Source: Antedon mediterranea (lineage: Eukaryota > Animalia > Echinodermata). Taken from it: a stretch of DNA of 64,000 nt. The stretch spans positions 7,626,001-7,690,000 of the forward strand of contig NC_092672.1 in the NCBI RefSeq assembly GCF_964355755.1. The letters are read 5' to 3'. A program made the position numbers and the translations under genes. Within the stretch, counting starts at the first letter, position 1, and every line of letters begins with the position of its first letter. Below the pieces are notes generated by a model. That model made no database searches and was not told the origin of the DNA. It saw only the letters and a program-made list of their open reading frames with translations. This document shows positions 52,712 through 64,000 of the stretch, piece after piece.

Positions 52712-55646
52712 CTTCAAAACTTTCACTAATAAAAATATCATCAATAGCTATCATTGTGGAATTTCCTGAAGAAGATCCGGGCGAACCTCTAATGATTATG
52801 CTAGTTGGCTTTAATCTGTTATTAAATGCTGCACTTTCAAATTCCCATCCGCTCAATGTTTCATGATGAATTTCAATCAATGTGTTATCTGAGTTGCGAT
52901 CTGAGATACCTACTACTAGGGAGTTATGTTGTTTTTGAGCTGCTTATATAATAATAAAACTGAATACATCCATATCTCCAGTTAGTTGGGATAAATGTAC
53001 TCTCCAAGACTCCAGCATCTTCATATACATATATATAATAATTACCTGAAAAATTATGGGAAGTAAAGCGATAATTACCTATTATTCCAGAAGATGCTGT
53101 ATGCCTAATACGAAGTAATCATTCGGTTATTTAAACCTCCAAAAAAGCAATAGAAATTCATTCTGAAATAAAACTTGTTTTATGCAGTTCTGCAAAATTT
53201 GACGACTAGTAAACTCTTGCAAAAATTGTAAGACTTTTCTTGAAAAAAAGACTAGTATTAATTCAAAGTTTGTGTACTAGAACATGACTACACATGAATT
53301 GTTGTTTTCTGAGTTCATATAAACCTTAGCATACTAATACAGTACAAGAAGATTATGGCCTGTCTACACTATCAAACTTTATGTGACAACAAATGTGATG
53401 TGCCTATATATGAATATATCACTACCATATTTGGGCATATCACTACCACATTTGGGCATCATATCACACTTTTTTTGTCCAATTAGTTTGATAGTGTAGG
53501 CCTAGACAGAGTTTTACTTACTAGTGGATGTTGAGTGCCCGGAAGGTTTATTGGTTATACTATCATTCGAACGTTGCCATCCACTCACATTAGTCCAACC
53601 ATCAAAACCATGTTCAAAGTCAGCGCAAATACCATCTGTTTCGATATTAAAATAAGGTTAAGAAAAATGTAAACATATTACAGTTTCATAAATGTATTTT
53701 AGAAATTGTTTCAATAATAAATATAGCGTTGATAGGTTATTTGCAATATATTGAAATCAAATAATATTGGACATTAATATAACATTTCCAGTCACAAAGG
53801 TGTGGCAATAATACAAAACAAAAAAAACTTGAACCTATGAATTAGATAAATGTTGTACCGGTCAGTCCACCACATGGCTGTTTACTATACTGGTTTGCAT
53901 ATGAGGCCTAGTCACTAGGTTTTCATGTCTAATTATTGTGCTTGCTTGTTATGCAATCATAAATACTTATAAACATAAAACATTAACCTTTAAAGTAATA
54001 TTCGTAAGTAAGTATTCATAAATCGACAATTATTTGCGAAAAAAATCCAAATTTAGCAAAAACTAACTATGAGAATTTCGGAAGAATGAACAACTAAATG
54101 AATTGAATAACTGCCAAGGTTAGTTTTTGAAAAGTTTTGTTTTTTCGTAAAGAATTTATGAATATTTAAAAACCAGATGAACATGTTTAATCACCCACCG
54201 TTGTACACTTTAATATTAGCAAGGAAACCTATACGTTGTCCACTACTGTCGGTGCAAAACATAACAATCAATGTGTTACTTGTCGACAAGGTGTCTTGTG
54301 GCAAGTCTGTATCACAGTATTTGACAGTAGTACTTCCGTCGTCAACTAACACATAGTCATGACAGTTGAGTTCGAGAAGAAAATCAGAGAATTTGAGCAA
54401 TAGTAAATCTCCAGAATTTGTACGAAACGTCCAATTGTAGCTCAGATTATCATCATAGTAGCTGGGATAATTTGGTGATGTAATATTCCTAGACTGCTTT
54501 GGACATAGAAAGTACTCGTCAGACCATTCCGTTTGACATTTAAAAATAAAAAAACTCATTTGTTTTTTATATCCTAAACAACATAGACAAACAATATGAT
54601 TTTTTTTCAATTACACCCTGGTATTTTTTTAATTGTTTATAGGCCTAATCTTCATCATCATAATTTGATATTTTTACTATAGATAGTCTTTCTTTCCTAG
54701 GAACATTTCCCGGGACATTCATTAAATACATAGGCCATTGGCTCGAATACAACACAAATTTAAATAATTTACAATAAAGTAAATGTATGTGTGTGTTAAA
54801 TAATGCTTTCTCTTTTTATAAGCAACATAAATGAACGATTAAAACATTTGTATACCCGAAAATATTAACACAGATATTAAATCAAATATTGCACAACTAT
54901 CACAAGAATCATCAATGTAATTTTTGGCAAGTAAAAAGTAATACAGGATTATCACACACTTATTTGAATATATTTTTATAAAGATATAACATTAGCAGTT
55001 GGTCCATCTACAAGTTACACAGTCACACATTATTTATTCTTTCCAACAATTGTATTAAAAAATAATGTTTGTAAAATGTTAAGATAATCTTAATCAATGA
55101 TAAGATCAATTTAAGAAAGTTACAACACACAAAGATTATGAGCTTATTTCGATTCTAAAAACATGAAAATTGATAGAATAACACAATAGATTCAGGACGA
55201 CCCTATTAATCCTTTAAGATGTATTTCCCCCTCCCCAAAATATGTAATAAAAAAGATTAAATAAAAGAATGGAATGAAGAATATACATTCTTTCCTTTAA
55301 AAAAAAAACAAACAATAATTCCACTTAAAAAAACTTACATAGAACATAAACGGAAAAATCCAAAAGTCATTGTCTGACAGACAATTTAAATTACAGTTTT
55401 GCAGGTGAATACTTTTTTTCAACCTAATTTCAATCGAGATAAATAATAACTATTATGTTCAATTAAAATGGCATTATTAAAACATATTTTCAAGGAGACA
55501 ATTTATCTTTAACACAGAAGAATTAGTGTCCATTGTGGTCCTAAAAAGTATGAAACTAAAAAAAAATCATAGTTAAACTTACCAACAGAAAAGTAGTTTA
55601 GGTTGATAACAAGGAATAGAAATGTTATCAACAGAACACGTTCCAT
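52712..55646 (-). pseudogene. Duplicate SP-CUB-MAM module of copy B; 5' part of chimera E
   Basis: SP 55583-55646 intact; CUB 54199-54537 with acceptor AG>AT; MAM1 53522-53641 with acceptor AG>CG; MAM2 52712-53045 with +1 nt near 52933. Confidence 0.85.
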
Positions 55647-56378
55647 AGTAACTTAGAACAGGCGACGATGATGAAATATTTTTACTATTAAATTAAAGAA
55701 ATACAGTAAGCCTGTACATACTGCATATGAATTTTATAGAAATCATAACACTCCAATCCTAACATCAGATTTAACCGTCTTAATTATTCTTCTCTGTTAA
55801 TATTCTACATATTGGAGTATTTTATGAATTTAATGATGACAATATTACACATTATTTCAAGTGCTATGGTTTGCAATTACCATTTCTTAGTAAACTCAAC
55901 ATATTTATTATTAGATTTTAGTCTCCATCGTTACTATGGAAAGAACATTAATTTGTTAAGGGTAAACAACATTCAAGCGTGTTTTAATAAATTTTTAATA
56001 AAGGTTAAATTCATCACTAATAATTTTTTTATAGGATGCGAAATGAAAAGCATCTAAGTTGTTGGAAAGGGTTGTTTACTTACAACTCAGTAATTATATT
56101 GAAGAAAACAACCTGATTTAATAAATTGCAATCAGGCTTTAGAAATCTCTATTCTACCAACACGTGTCTAATTATCTTCCTTACAGATCACATAAGCAAA
56201 AAACAGGTGGAAGCAGGATGGCATTTCGACGAATAAATAATTAACGAATGAGTTGTTGTTGACGAATTTGAAAAAAAAACTTTAAAAAAATAACAATGGA
56301 GTCAGCAGCTGAAAGAACGAAGCGACGAAATACAACGATGCCATTTGATTGTCAAATACACCCATTTAGCCTACAGTA

Positions 56379-58880
56379 TCTATATATAAATTTACGTAAG
56401 GGCAAAATTCGGTAAATCGCGCCTTACTTCTAGAATTTTCACTCGATGGTATGTAAAGTTGGTTCGTACTTTCGGTACTGATTTTAACCGCCTGATGTAA
56501 CCCTGTTTACTAATTAAATTGAGTTAGATAATTAGTTATTGACGATTAAAACGAATTTAGGTTCAACGATTTGCCCCAAATAGGGGTGTTTTCCGATCGT
56601 GGTATACACTGTCTAATGGATGTCCATCTTGAAAAATACCCGCCAAAAAAAATGCCAGGAGGCTTCGCATTTTCCTATCTCCTCCTACGATAATTGTTTT
56701 TAATAGCTGAAAACCGGTTGAACAGCTAGAGTACAGCATCATAATGTTGAAGACAGGCCGATTTTCTTAAAAAAATACTATTTTGATAGATTTAATATAC
56801 GATTATACAAATGTATTGATTTGCGATGAATGGAACATCCCAATCTCTCAGTCTGCCAGAGTTTGGTTTAACACAAGTACTGTAGGTAAATTTATGAGCC
56901 CTTGGTTTAACACATACGGTAGGTGAATATATGGGCCCTTTGAGAATAAACTTGCAATACTTTGACAATACTGTAAATACCTATTAACTATTTTTCATTT
57001 GAATCGAACATTTCTTACTGTGAATGTTCGTACTGTTAGATGTAATATAAAAATATATACAAAAAAACTTTATTACTGAGACTGTGGATAGGCTCTACTG
57101 TTAGATATACAAATAAACTTTATACTGACAGTTCCTTCTCAACGTTTGTATTAATTAATAATTACCAAAAATATAAACGTCGTAGTGGTGTATCGTGACA
57201 TGTACTTTAATATTTCAATCGATTATGACAGTGACAGTTTTAACAAAGTATTAAATCGCAAATGTTTTAGGCCTACTGTATTTAGAGGTATATTATTTAT
57301 AGGCCTATAAAACATGAACAAAATATTTCGTTACTCAGTGGATAAAGAATATATTTAAAAATTGTTCCTCTTTGTACCTATCCGCTTTCCCATCCCTCAA
57401 CCCTAATGTTACATAGCGAGGAGGCTTCGCATTTTCCTATCTCCTCCTACGATAATTGTTTTTAATAGCTGAAAACCGGTTGAACAGCTAGAGTACACCA
57501 TCATAATGTTGAAGACAGGCCGATTTTCTTTAAAAAAATACTATTTTGATAGATTGCTAGAGTACACCATCATAATGTTGAAGACAGGCCGATTTTCTTT
57601 AAAAAAGACTATTTTGATAGATTTAATATACGATTATACAAATGTATTGATTTGCGATGAATGGAACATCCCAATCTCTCAGTCTGCCAGAGTTTGGTTT
57701 AACACAAGTACTGTAGGTAAATTTATGAGCCCTTGGTTTAACACATACGGTAGGTAAATATATGGGCCCTTTAAGAATAAACTTGCAATAGGTTCGGAAA
57801 ATGTTAAAAACCAATTTATATTATTTGAATCGGTAAACAGTTTCCATTTATCATACATTGATAATGAAACATGAAATATTCCTATTTATGTCCCTCGAGG
57901 TTCATTACAATTTATATTTAGTAGTCCCACGGACTTCATCTTAGCCACTCCCCCGAGTGCTAAGGCCAAATTTATGATACCCTACTTTCTATGTAAGTTT
58001 AGTTACAGTTAGTTCTTGACGATAATACAACGAATTTAGGTTACACCCTTCGGCCGCGAAAACGTTTCTGTACAAATATGATACCGATTGGCTTTATTTC
58101 ATTCAACAGCGACCATAATCTCGCCAATTACAGGATAGATAAACTATTTTATTATTGATGTGCTTATAAATTAAGACTCATGTAAACAGCTTGATTACAT
58201 CATTTTACAGACAAACGAAACTTTTTTAAACCTACTGTTTCAATAACTGAGTATAATACTGTATACGTTTTCATAAGTAAGTGCATATACATTTTCGTGT
58301 TTTCATTGACGAGATTGTAATAGTAACTTCAGTAACTATTACAGTACTTATTTATTATACGACACAAGACAATTGTATCTGACAGGTACGTACATTATTC
58401 TAAAAAATAAGTCTAGATAGATCCCTTAGGCGTCATAAATCACAGGCCAACAAATCATTACTCATGACAGAAATTCGACCCAGTTTGGTTCACACAAATG
58501 TTTACAGGAATTTCAACCACCACAACCGATGATTTGCCCTAAATATTTAGGTAGACTACAGTTTAATTTTTCACTGAATAGGAGTTTGAATTTCCGATTT
58601 CCATTTCGCAGAATGTCTAGGTCTATTTATTTAGTTTGGTTCTTATAATATATAAATACAATCAACTTTATTACTGCGGTTCCATCACCACCACCACGTG
58701 CCGCCCAATTCCCCGGTACATACATTTCCATTTCTCCCTAATTTCTTTAGTCCACATAAATTAATTGTCCTTTATGGAATCCAGTATTGGTTTTGTTGTC
58801 TCTATTCTATTCTACTGTATTCGAGAACCATCTGTGAGCACCCCTAGATGGTACGCGAGCGAAGCGAGCGTGCCATCTAG
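56379..58880 (+). mobile_element. Non-autonomous Helitron (2.5 kb)
   Basis: 5' TC (tctatatata), 3' GC-rich hairpin ending CTAG, inserted between A and T with no TSD; empty site at 26130/26131. Confidence 0.92.
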
Positions 58881-59915
58881 TTAGAACAATTTTATAAAAT
58901 AGACTGATTGATAATATGTACCGTAAACTATGCTCGCATGTGCTACAATTATGTATAGCTTGCACTACTGAGCTAATATAGGGTCTACCGGTATGTGAAG
59001 TAGACTGCAACATGTTCTAGACTTACCTTGCCTTTGAGGTTGAGAGCTGCAGTACGTTAGGCCTAGAATGTCCGTCGTCGTCATGAACACTATAATTTCC
59101 TGACGTTTTTAATTTCTTTTTAAGCTAGTTGACATACAAAATTACTGAAAATACAAATGTATATGTATATTAATTGCAATTTTTTGGTACATGTACGGGT
59201 ATTTATTGATTATTTGACTAAACATACAGTATATTGGATAATGTACGATGTCGACAAAGGTTTCAAAACAATGACACGTGACAATTAATACTTGTTTATC
59301 ATATTGCTGTCTGACATGATTTATTTTACAAAATATTACTGAAATGAAAAATAGTAACATTGTCATTAAGTTATTAAATGAAATAAATTGTAGATTACAG
59401 ATTTATTTAATATTTAAATGATTTTCCACAAAGTTCGATCAAACAAAGATCTCGTGATAACCTCCAGTAATTATGCAAATAGTGTGATTTAATTAATACA
59501 TGTATGTATATGACGTTACTACTAATACCGGTAGTTCTACAAATATTAAATTAATACAACAGATTAAAAACCGACTATTAAAATAATTTATAAACATAAT
59601 TATTAATTCATTACAATCTCTAAAAGACGACCTCATTGAATACGGTAGTGTTGCACCATTCGACACAAAGCAGTTCTACATGTGTTTTAAAGGTAATCAG
59701 AAAAACAATAATTTTAACACATTAATTTAAAATAAAATACACAGCACTATTTACAATACATAAACAAATGCAAATGGTTTATGTTGGTGTGGTTTTATCA
59801 AAGTTTGCGTCCAGGATCGGTCTTTGTTGGCCCTAATTAGCCCTGAATGAGGAATGTGAATTACTGAAATATTATGGCTACATTATCTATAAATCACATT
59901 ATATAGTCACGTTGC

Positions 59916-62900
59916 TCAGCGGTGGTACGATGAATTGTTAGTTTGGTCACCAGCAAGTTTAGTAGTGTCTGTCATAGTGATTGTATCTGGATGGATACGG
60001 TTGGCTGTCTTCTTCTTCCATTTATATTGAACCTATAATTATGAACGTATGATATACAATTGAGAAATTATAACTGAATTTTACTTTTGAACTTTCCTAA
60101 TACATTCTATGAATCACTATAAAGCAAGATAAAGAGATAAAAAGACCACGTAAAAGTGCATAACGTATCATTAAAGCAGAAATAATGGGTTCACTGATTT
60201 ACGAGAAGTGTATTTTAGAAAAAATTAATATTAGGAAAGACCCCACCCATCTGCTACATTACTGTTACAATTTTAATAGATCTGGCATTGGACTACGACC
60301 ACCAAAAGCCAATCTATGTAGAACTAGGAAATCCTTTGTTGTAAATAGCATTTATATATATTATGTATAATTCAAATGTTCGACGATAACTCTATATACT
60401 GTAATTGTTTTTAAATTTTTATCAGTTTTAATTTAACAATGGCCTATAAATCCTATTTTAACATTGGCTTATAGCGTTTTGGCCAATTTTATGTATTATT
60501 TTTTTGTGCCAGTTTCATTGTCTTTTTGTCTTAATTATGCCCAGCAAAATTAATTTGCATTTTAAGTGGGGACCAATAACATTTCTTGAATCTTGAGTCA
60601 GAAGGGAAGTGAAATGAGAAAGAGCTTCCCTTCAAATTTACCAACATGCCTTTCATCTCCGATTCCATGTTAAGACCTCCGGCTTCCCCACTCTACCTTC
60701 CCCCATACACTATCCTCCCACTCTCTCTCTCCCCTAGGGTGAGTATTAACACCTTTTCTGCCTTCCCAGATGATATAAAAAAGAAATTTCTCTCAATTGT
60801 AACTAATTTTGTATTTATTTTGTCTATTTATGCCGATATTTTCCTTTGATGGCATCGTTGCTAATGAAATTGAAATGAAATGCCCAACTTTTTTTTTACC
60901 AAGTTTGAAAATTTAAGATATTGCTAAAACTGATTGTTATTTAGGTAAATTTAAAAGTACACGTGAGTACTGTACCTCATTACTGAAGACACACTGAGAG
61001 AGCCAGATGAAGAAACCTTGAAATGAGTTCATGATGACAAATATGTATTCCATGACTTTGGAACTACTGAAGAGGATGATGATACCAAAAATCCATGGTA
61101 GTCCAACTACAGGTGCAAGGAGGATCAAACCGAACGCCAACGATCTTTAAAAACAAAAACAAGGAAAACACAATACAGTTTTTGATATATTCATACTATA
61201 CCGGTAATATTTATTATTTTTGTACTAGAAATCCTTGCATACTTACTGATAGAAGTAATGTTAGTAATTTGAATTAGTCTGGAAGACATTATACAATTAT
61301 TTACTACTGTATCTGAATTATCATTTTTTTTATATTCATTTATCATAATAATTATTATGAAATTGTTCATGTCAAAACGAAATCATTTAAGATATATGTT
61401 GATACCTGATTCGTTTGATTGAGTTCTTGTCTTCTTTAGATCGTGTTGGAAATCGAGTTTTTGTGAGTGCTATATGTCCAATGACAACAATCTGTACACT
61501 GATAATCTATACAAGAAAATACAGCATGTAATATATTATTAATGAGTGTTTGTTCAGTTTTCAACTTTTAATTTTAAAAATTATTTCAAGTTCAAATTAA
61601 CTAAACATTTCGATTCTTCTTAAAACACAGACAAACATGTAACACTTTTCGTGAAGTAATTGAAATTAAAATGGTTTAGAAAACCAGTGTACCAACGAAA
61701 ACACAAACCGCATGTTGACGTGAATATCAAATTAACCATACTTTACCAAACTTCAATTTCAAGAATTTCTCTACGATAATATATAATACTTATTGATAAT
61801 GTTATAATGTAAAATTGTATCGCATTTCAGTTTACTGTAATGATAATTTTAATAAATATACCATTATGAATTAATAATCAACCAAAATCGCAAAAAACTC
61901 TAAAATAAGCAGACAAGCAGAAAAAATGCGTCATTACTGAAGAGGACAAAGGATGACAACCATTACTTACAATAAGCGTAATAGCCATTGGTATGATGAA
62001 AGTCCAGATTGCAAAGTCCATTTTCAACCAGCACCTATGAATTAAAATAATAAAAGAATCAAAGTTATGTGTGCATTTTATCTTTTTCTTAAGCATAAAC
62101 AGAACTTGTTAAACTCAAGAAAAATTATTACAAAATAACCTATGACAGTAACCTATAAGACATTTAAACTGTTATCATTTGGAGTATAGGGTGTGGTAAT
62201 CAATATCATACAGAACGCGACGAATACTGTGCAAGCCATTGTTAACGCATATTTTTATGTTCGCTAAACAATGTAAATGATACAAGCATAGAATTTTACA
62301 CTTCATCGGAAACGTAGTTTTTCCTTGTACATCCAGCCGTCACTCCTACGATTATACTAGGAACTATCCAGCCAAGATAACGGCTAAATAAAAAGCGTCG
62401 TTCGTGGTTAGCAAACGGATGTCTGATCTTCATGTACACGTCTGTAGACACAATTAGCATCCATGCAAAGGCGGCTAAGAGACTGTAATGTAAGCAACCA
62501 GCAATGGCAGCACATACAATCTGGAAAAAAACGAAGAATAATGAGGAAGACGAAGAAAAGGATGAATATCTTAAACAAAAATAAGGACAGTCGACTCAGA
62601 AAAAACAGTAAAGTTTTTTTTATAAATATAATAGTATGCTATATCTAGGAAAATGTACTTTAAGCAAGTTTATGTTCGATACTATGATATCGTCTTCCAG
62701 TGCCGCCTTTTGTTTTATTAATATTTACAGTAAATCTGAAAACAGGCTAAATGTGGAAAGGGTTAAAAACGCCAGAGCGGCCGATAACAGTGTTGCCAAA
62801 AACACTGAATATATTCTATTTTGAAGAATTCATTAAGGAGAGTATGTTTGGAAGGAGTGATGGCATGCCTTTTATGTAGACATATTCTCAGTACTGTATC

Positions 62901-64000
62901 TCCGCATAAATATTTGTATGATAATAAATATATATAAGGAATATTGGTAATACAGCATCTAATATGTATCGCATGTTGTGCCTGTATCCTAAAAGGTTAA
63001 GGGTTAGCTTATGTTGTACGATACTAGGAGATACATTTCTAGGATACTGGGCAAATCTAGATACAGTACTGCGAATCGGCTGATGATCACCATATCAACC
63101 AAATTTCCAAAGTACAGTATTTGCAAATAAACAATTATTAACTCTGACAAATTTTATTTTGTATAAAGTCATAATAAAATATTTTTTTAAAATAAAATTT
63201 AAATTAAACTTACCTTATTTTTAACATTCACACCTAGGAAGGCATAGAAGAAATTGACGATAAGTAGAGCAACTACCAGATGACAAAGGATTTTATGGCG
63301 CTCAGAATTTCTTAAGCTTCTAAAATAGTAATAATTTTTAGAATCAATTTTAGAATCCAAACATGATTTTATTTTGTTTTTATTTATTTATTTAGGTTTA
63401 AAAACACATACAAAACAGCAGCCATTGGCTGATAACGTTTGTTTACAATCAATATACATATATAATTAAAAGATTAAAGTTTTATTTGAATTAGGACAGT
63501 GGATGTAAACACAACGTCTACTAACTGTATCAATTAAGAGGCTACATAGAAAACATAGCAGGAAAAAATGTTACTTAAGATTATTTTTCGCATTAATATT
63601 ATTATAATAACAAGTGTTAGTGCAAACTTTGTGTCTTAAACAGTTAAATCATGTTTTGTATTTGATAACTTACTTGAAACTGTATATAGTAATCAGGGTT
63701 ATAATAAGAAACAAACTGGAAATACCAAGTCCAACGTTAGTAATTATTGATAAAGTCTTGTCATTAATATTTGACTATAAAACAGAAAGTAATAATAATA
63801 TAATCAATAAACAAAAAGTAGTCGATTTACTAATTGTTAATTTGATTGACTATTCTAACGTCTTCTTCAGTTAAACAGGTTTTCGACAAAGATTTTCAAG
63901 TACATCATGTTGATTCACTCCAACACCTTAACTTATATCATTGAGGTCTCATTCGTATTCAACACATAGTAAACGCATTCAAGTATGTTTTATAACTGTT
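59916..64000 (-). CDS. Adhesion GPCR, copy F: 7TM and C-tail exons (5' part outside the window)
   Basis: Exons 63674-63774, 63214-63319, 62300-62520, 61971-62034, 61406-61506, 60976-61144, 59916-60032 (TGA); canonical splice sites; close to copy C. Confidence 0.85.

Larger units (their letters stand above)
52670..64000. repeat. Segmental duplication of ~22388-31575
   Basis: Colinear exons and introns; near-identical across ~54700-56370 versus ~24400-26130 and more diverged in the 7TM introns. Confidence 0.9.

Overview
AT-rich, intron-rich metazoan DNA, not prokaryotic; an invertebrate deuterostome such as an echinoderm is a guess. The window is a minus-strand tandem array of modular cell-surface receptor genes, reconstructed by hand from GT-AG exons. 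Reading right to left: copy F, the 3' (7TM) half of an adhesion GPCR (59916->64000); copy E, a disabled chimera in which an adhesion-GPCR signal peptide-CUB-MAM module sits upstream of a HYR-TM-tyrosine kinase with a non-RD catalytic loop (42496-55646); copy C, an apparently intact adhesion GPCR, SP-CUB-CUB-mucin-short GAIN/GPS-7TM (27149-40035); copy B, an apparently intact SP-CUB-MAM-mucin-short GAIN/GPS-7TM (15542-25371); an orphan MAM remnant; and copy A, a pseudogene (2366-8315). All ectodomain exons are phase 1-1, and a shared upstream block recurs between genes. Intron 1 of copy C holds about 34 copies of a 78-bp unit resembling the gene's own 5'UTR/start codon. Mobile DNA includes a Helitron with its empty site in the window, a Mutator-like MITE, a Harbinger-like MITE, Helentron-associated (HINE-like) elements, a Penelope element, tRNA- and 5S-derived SINEs and LINE fragments. 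Domain and TE family names come from motif recognition, not database searches.
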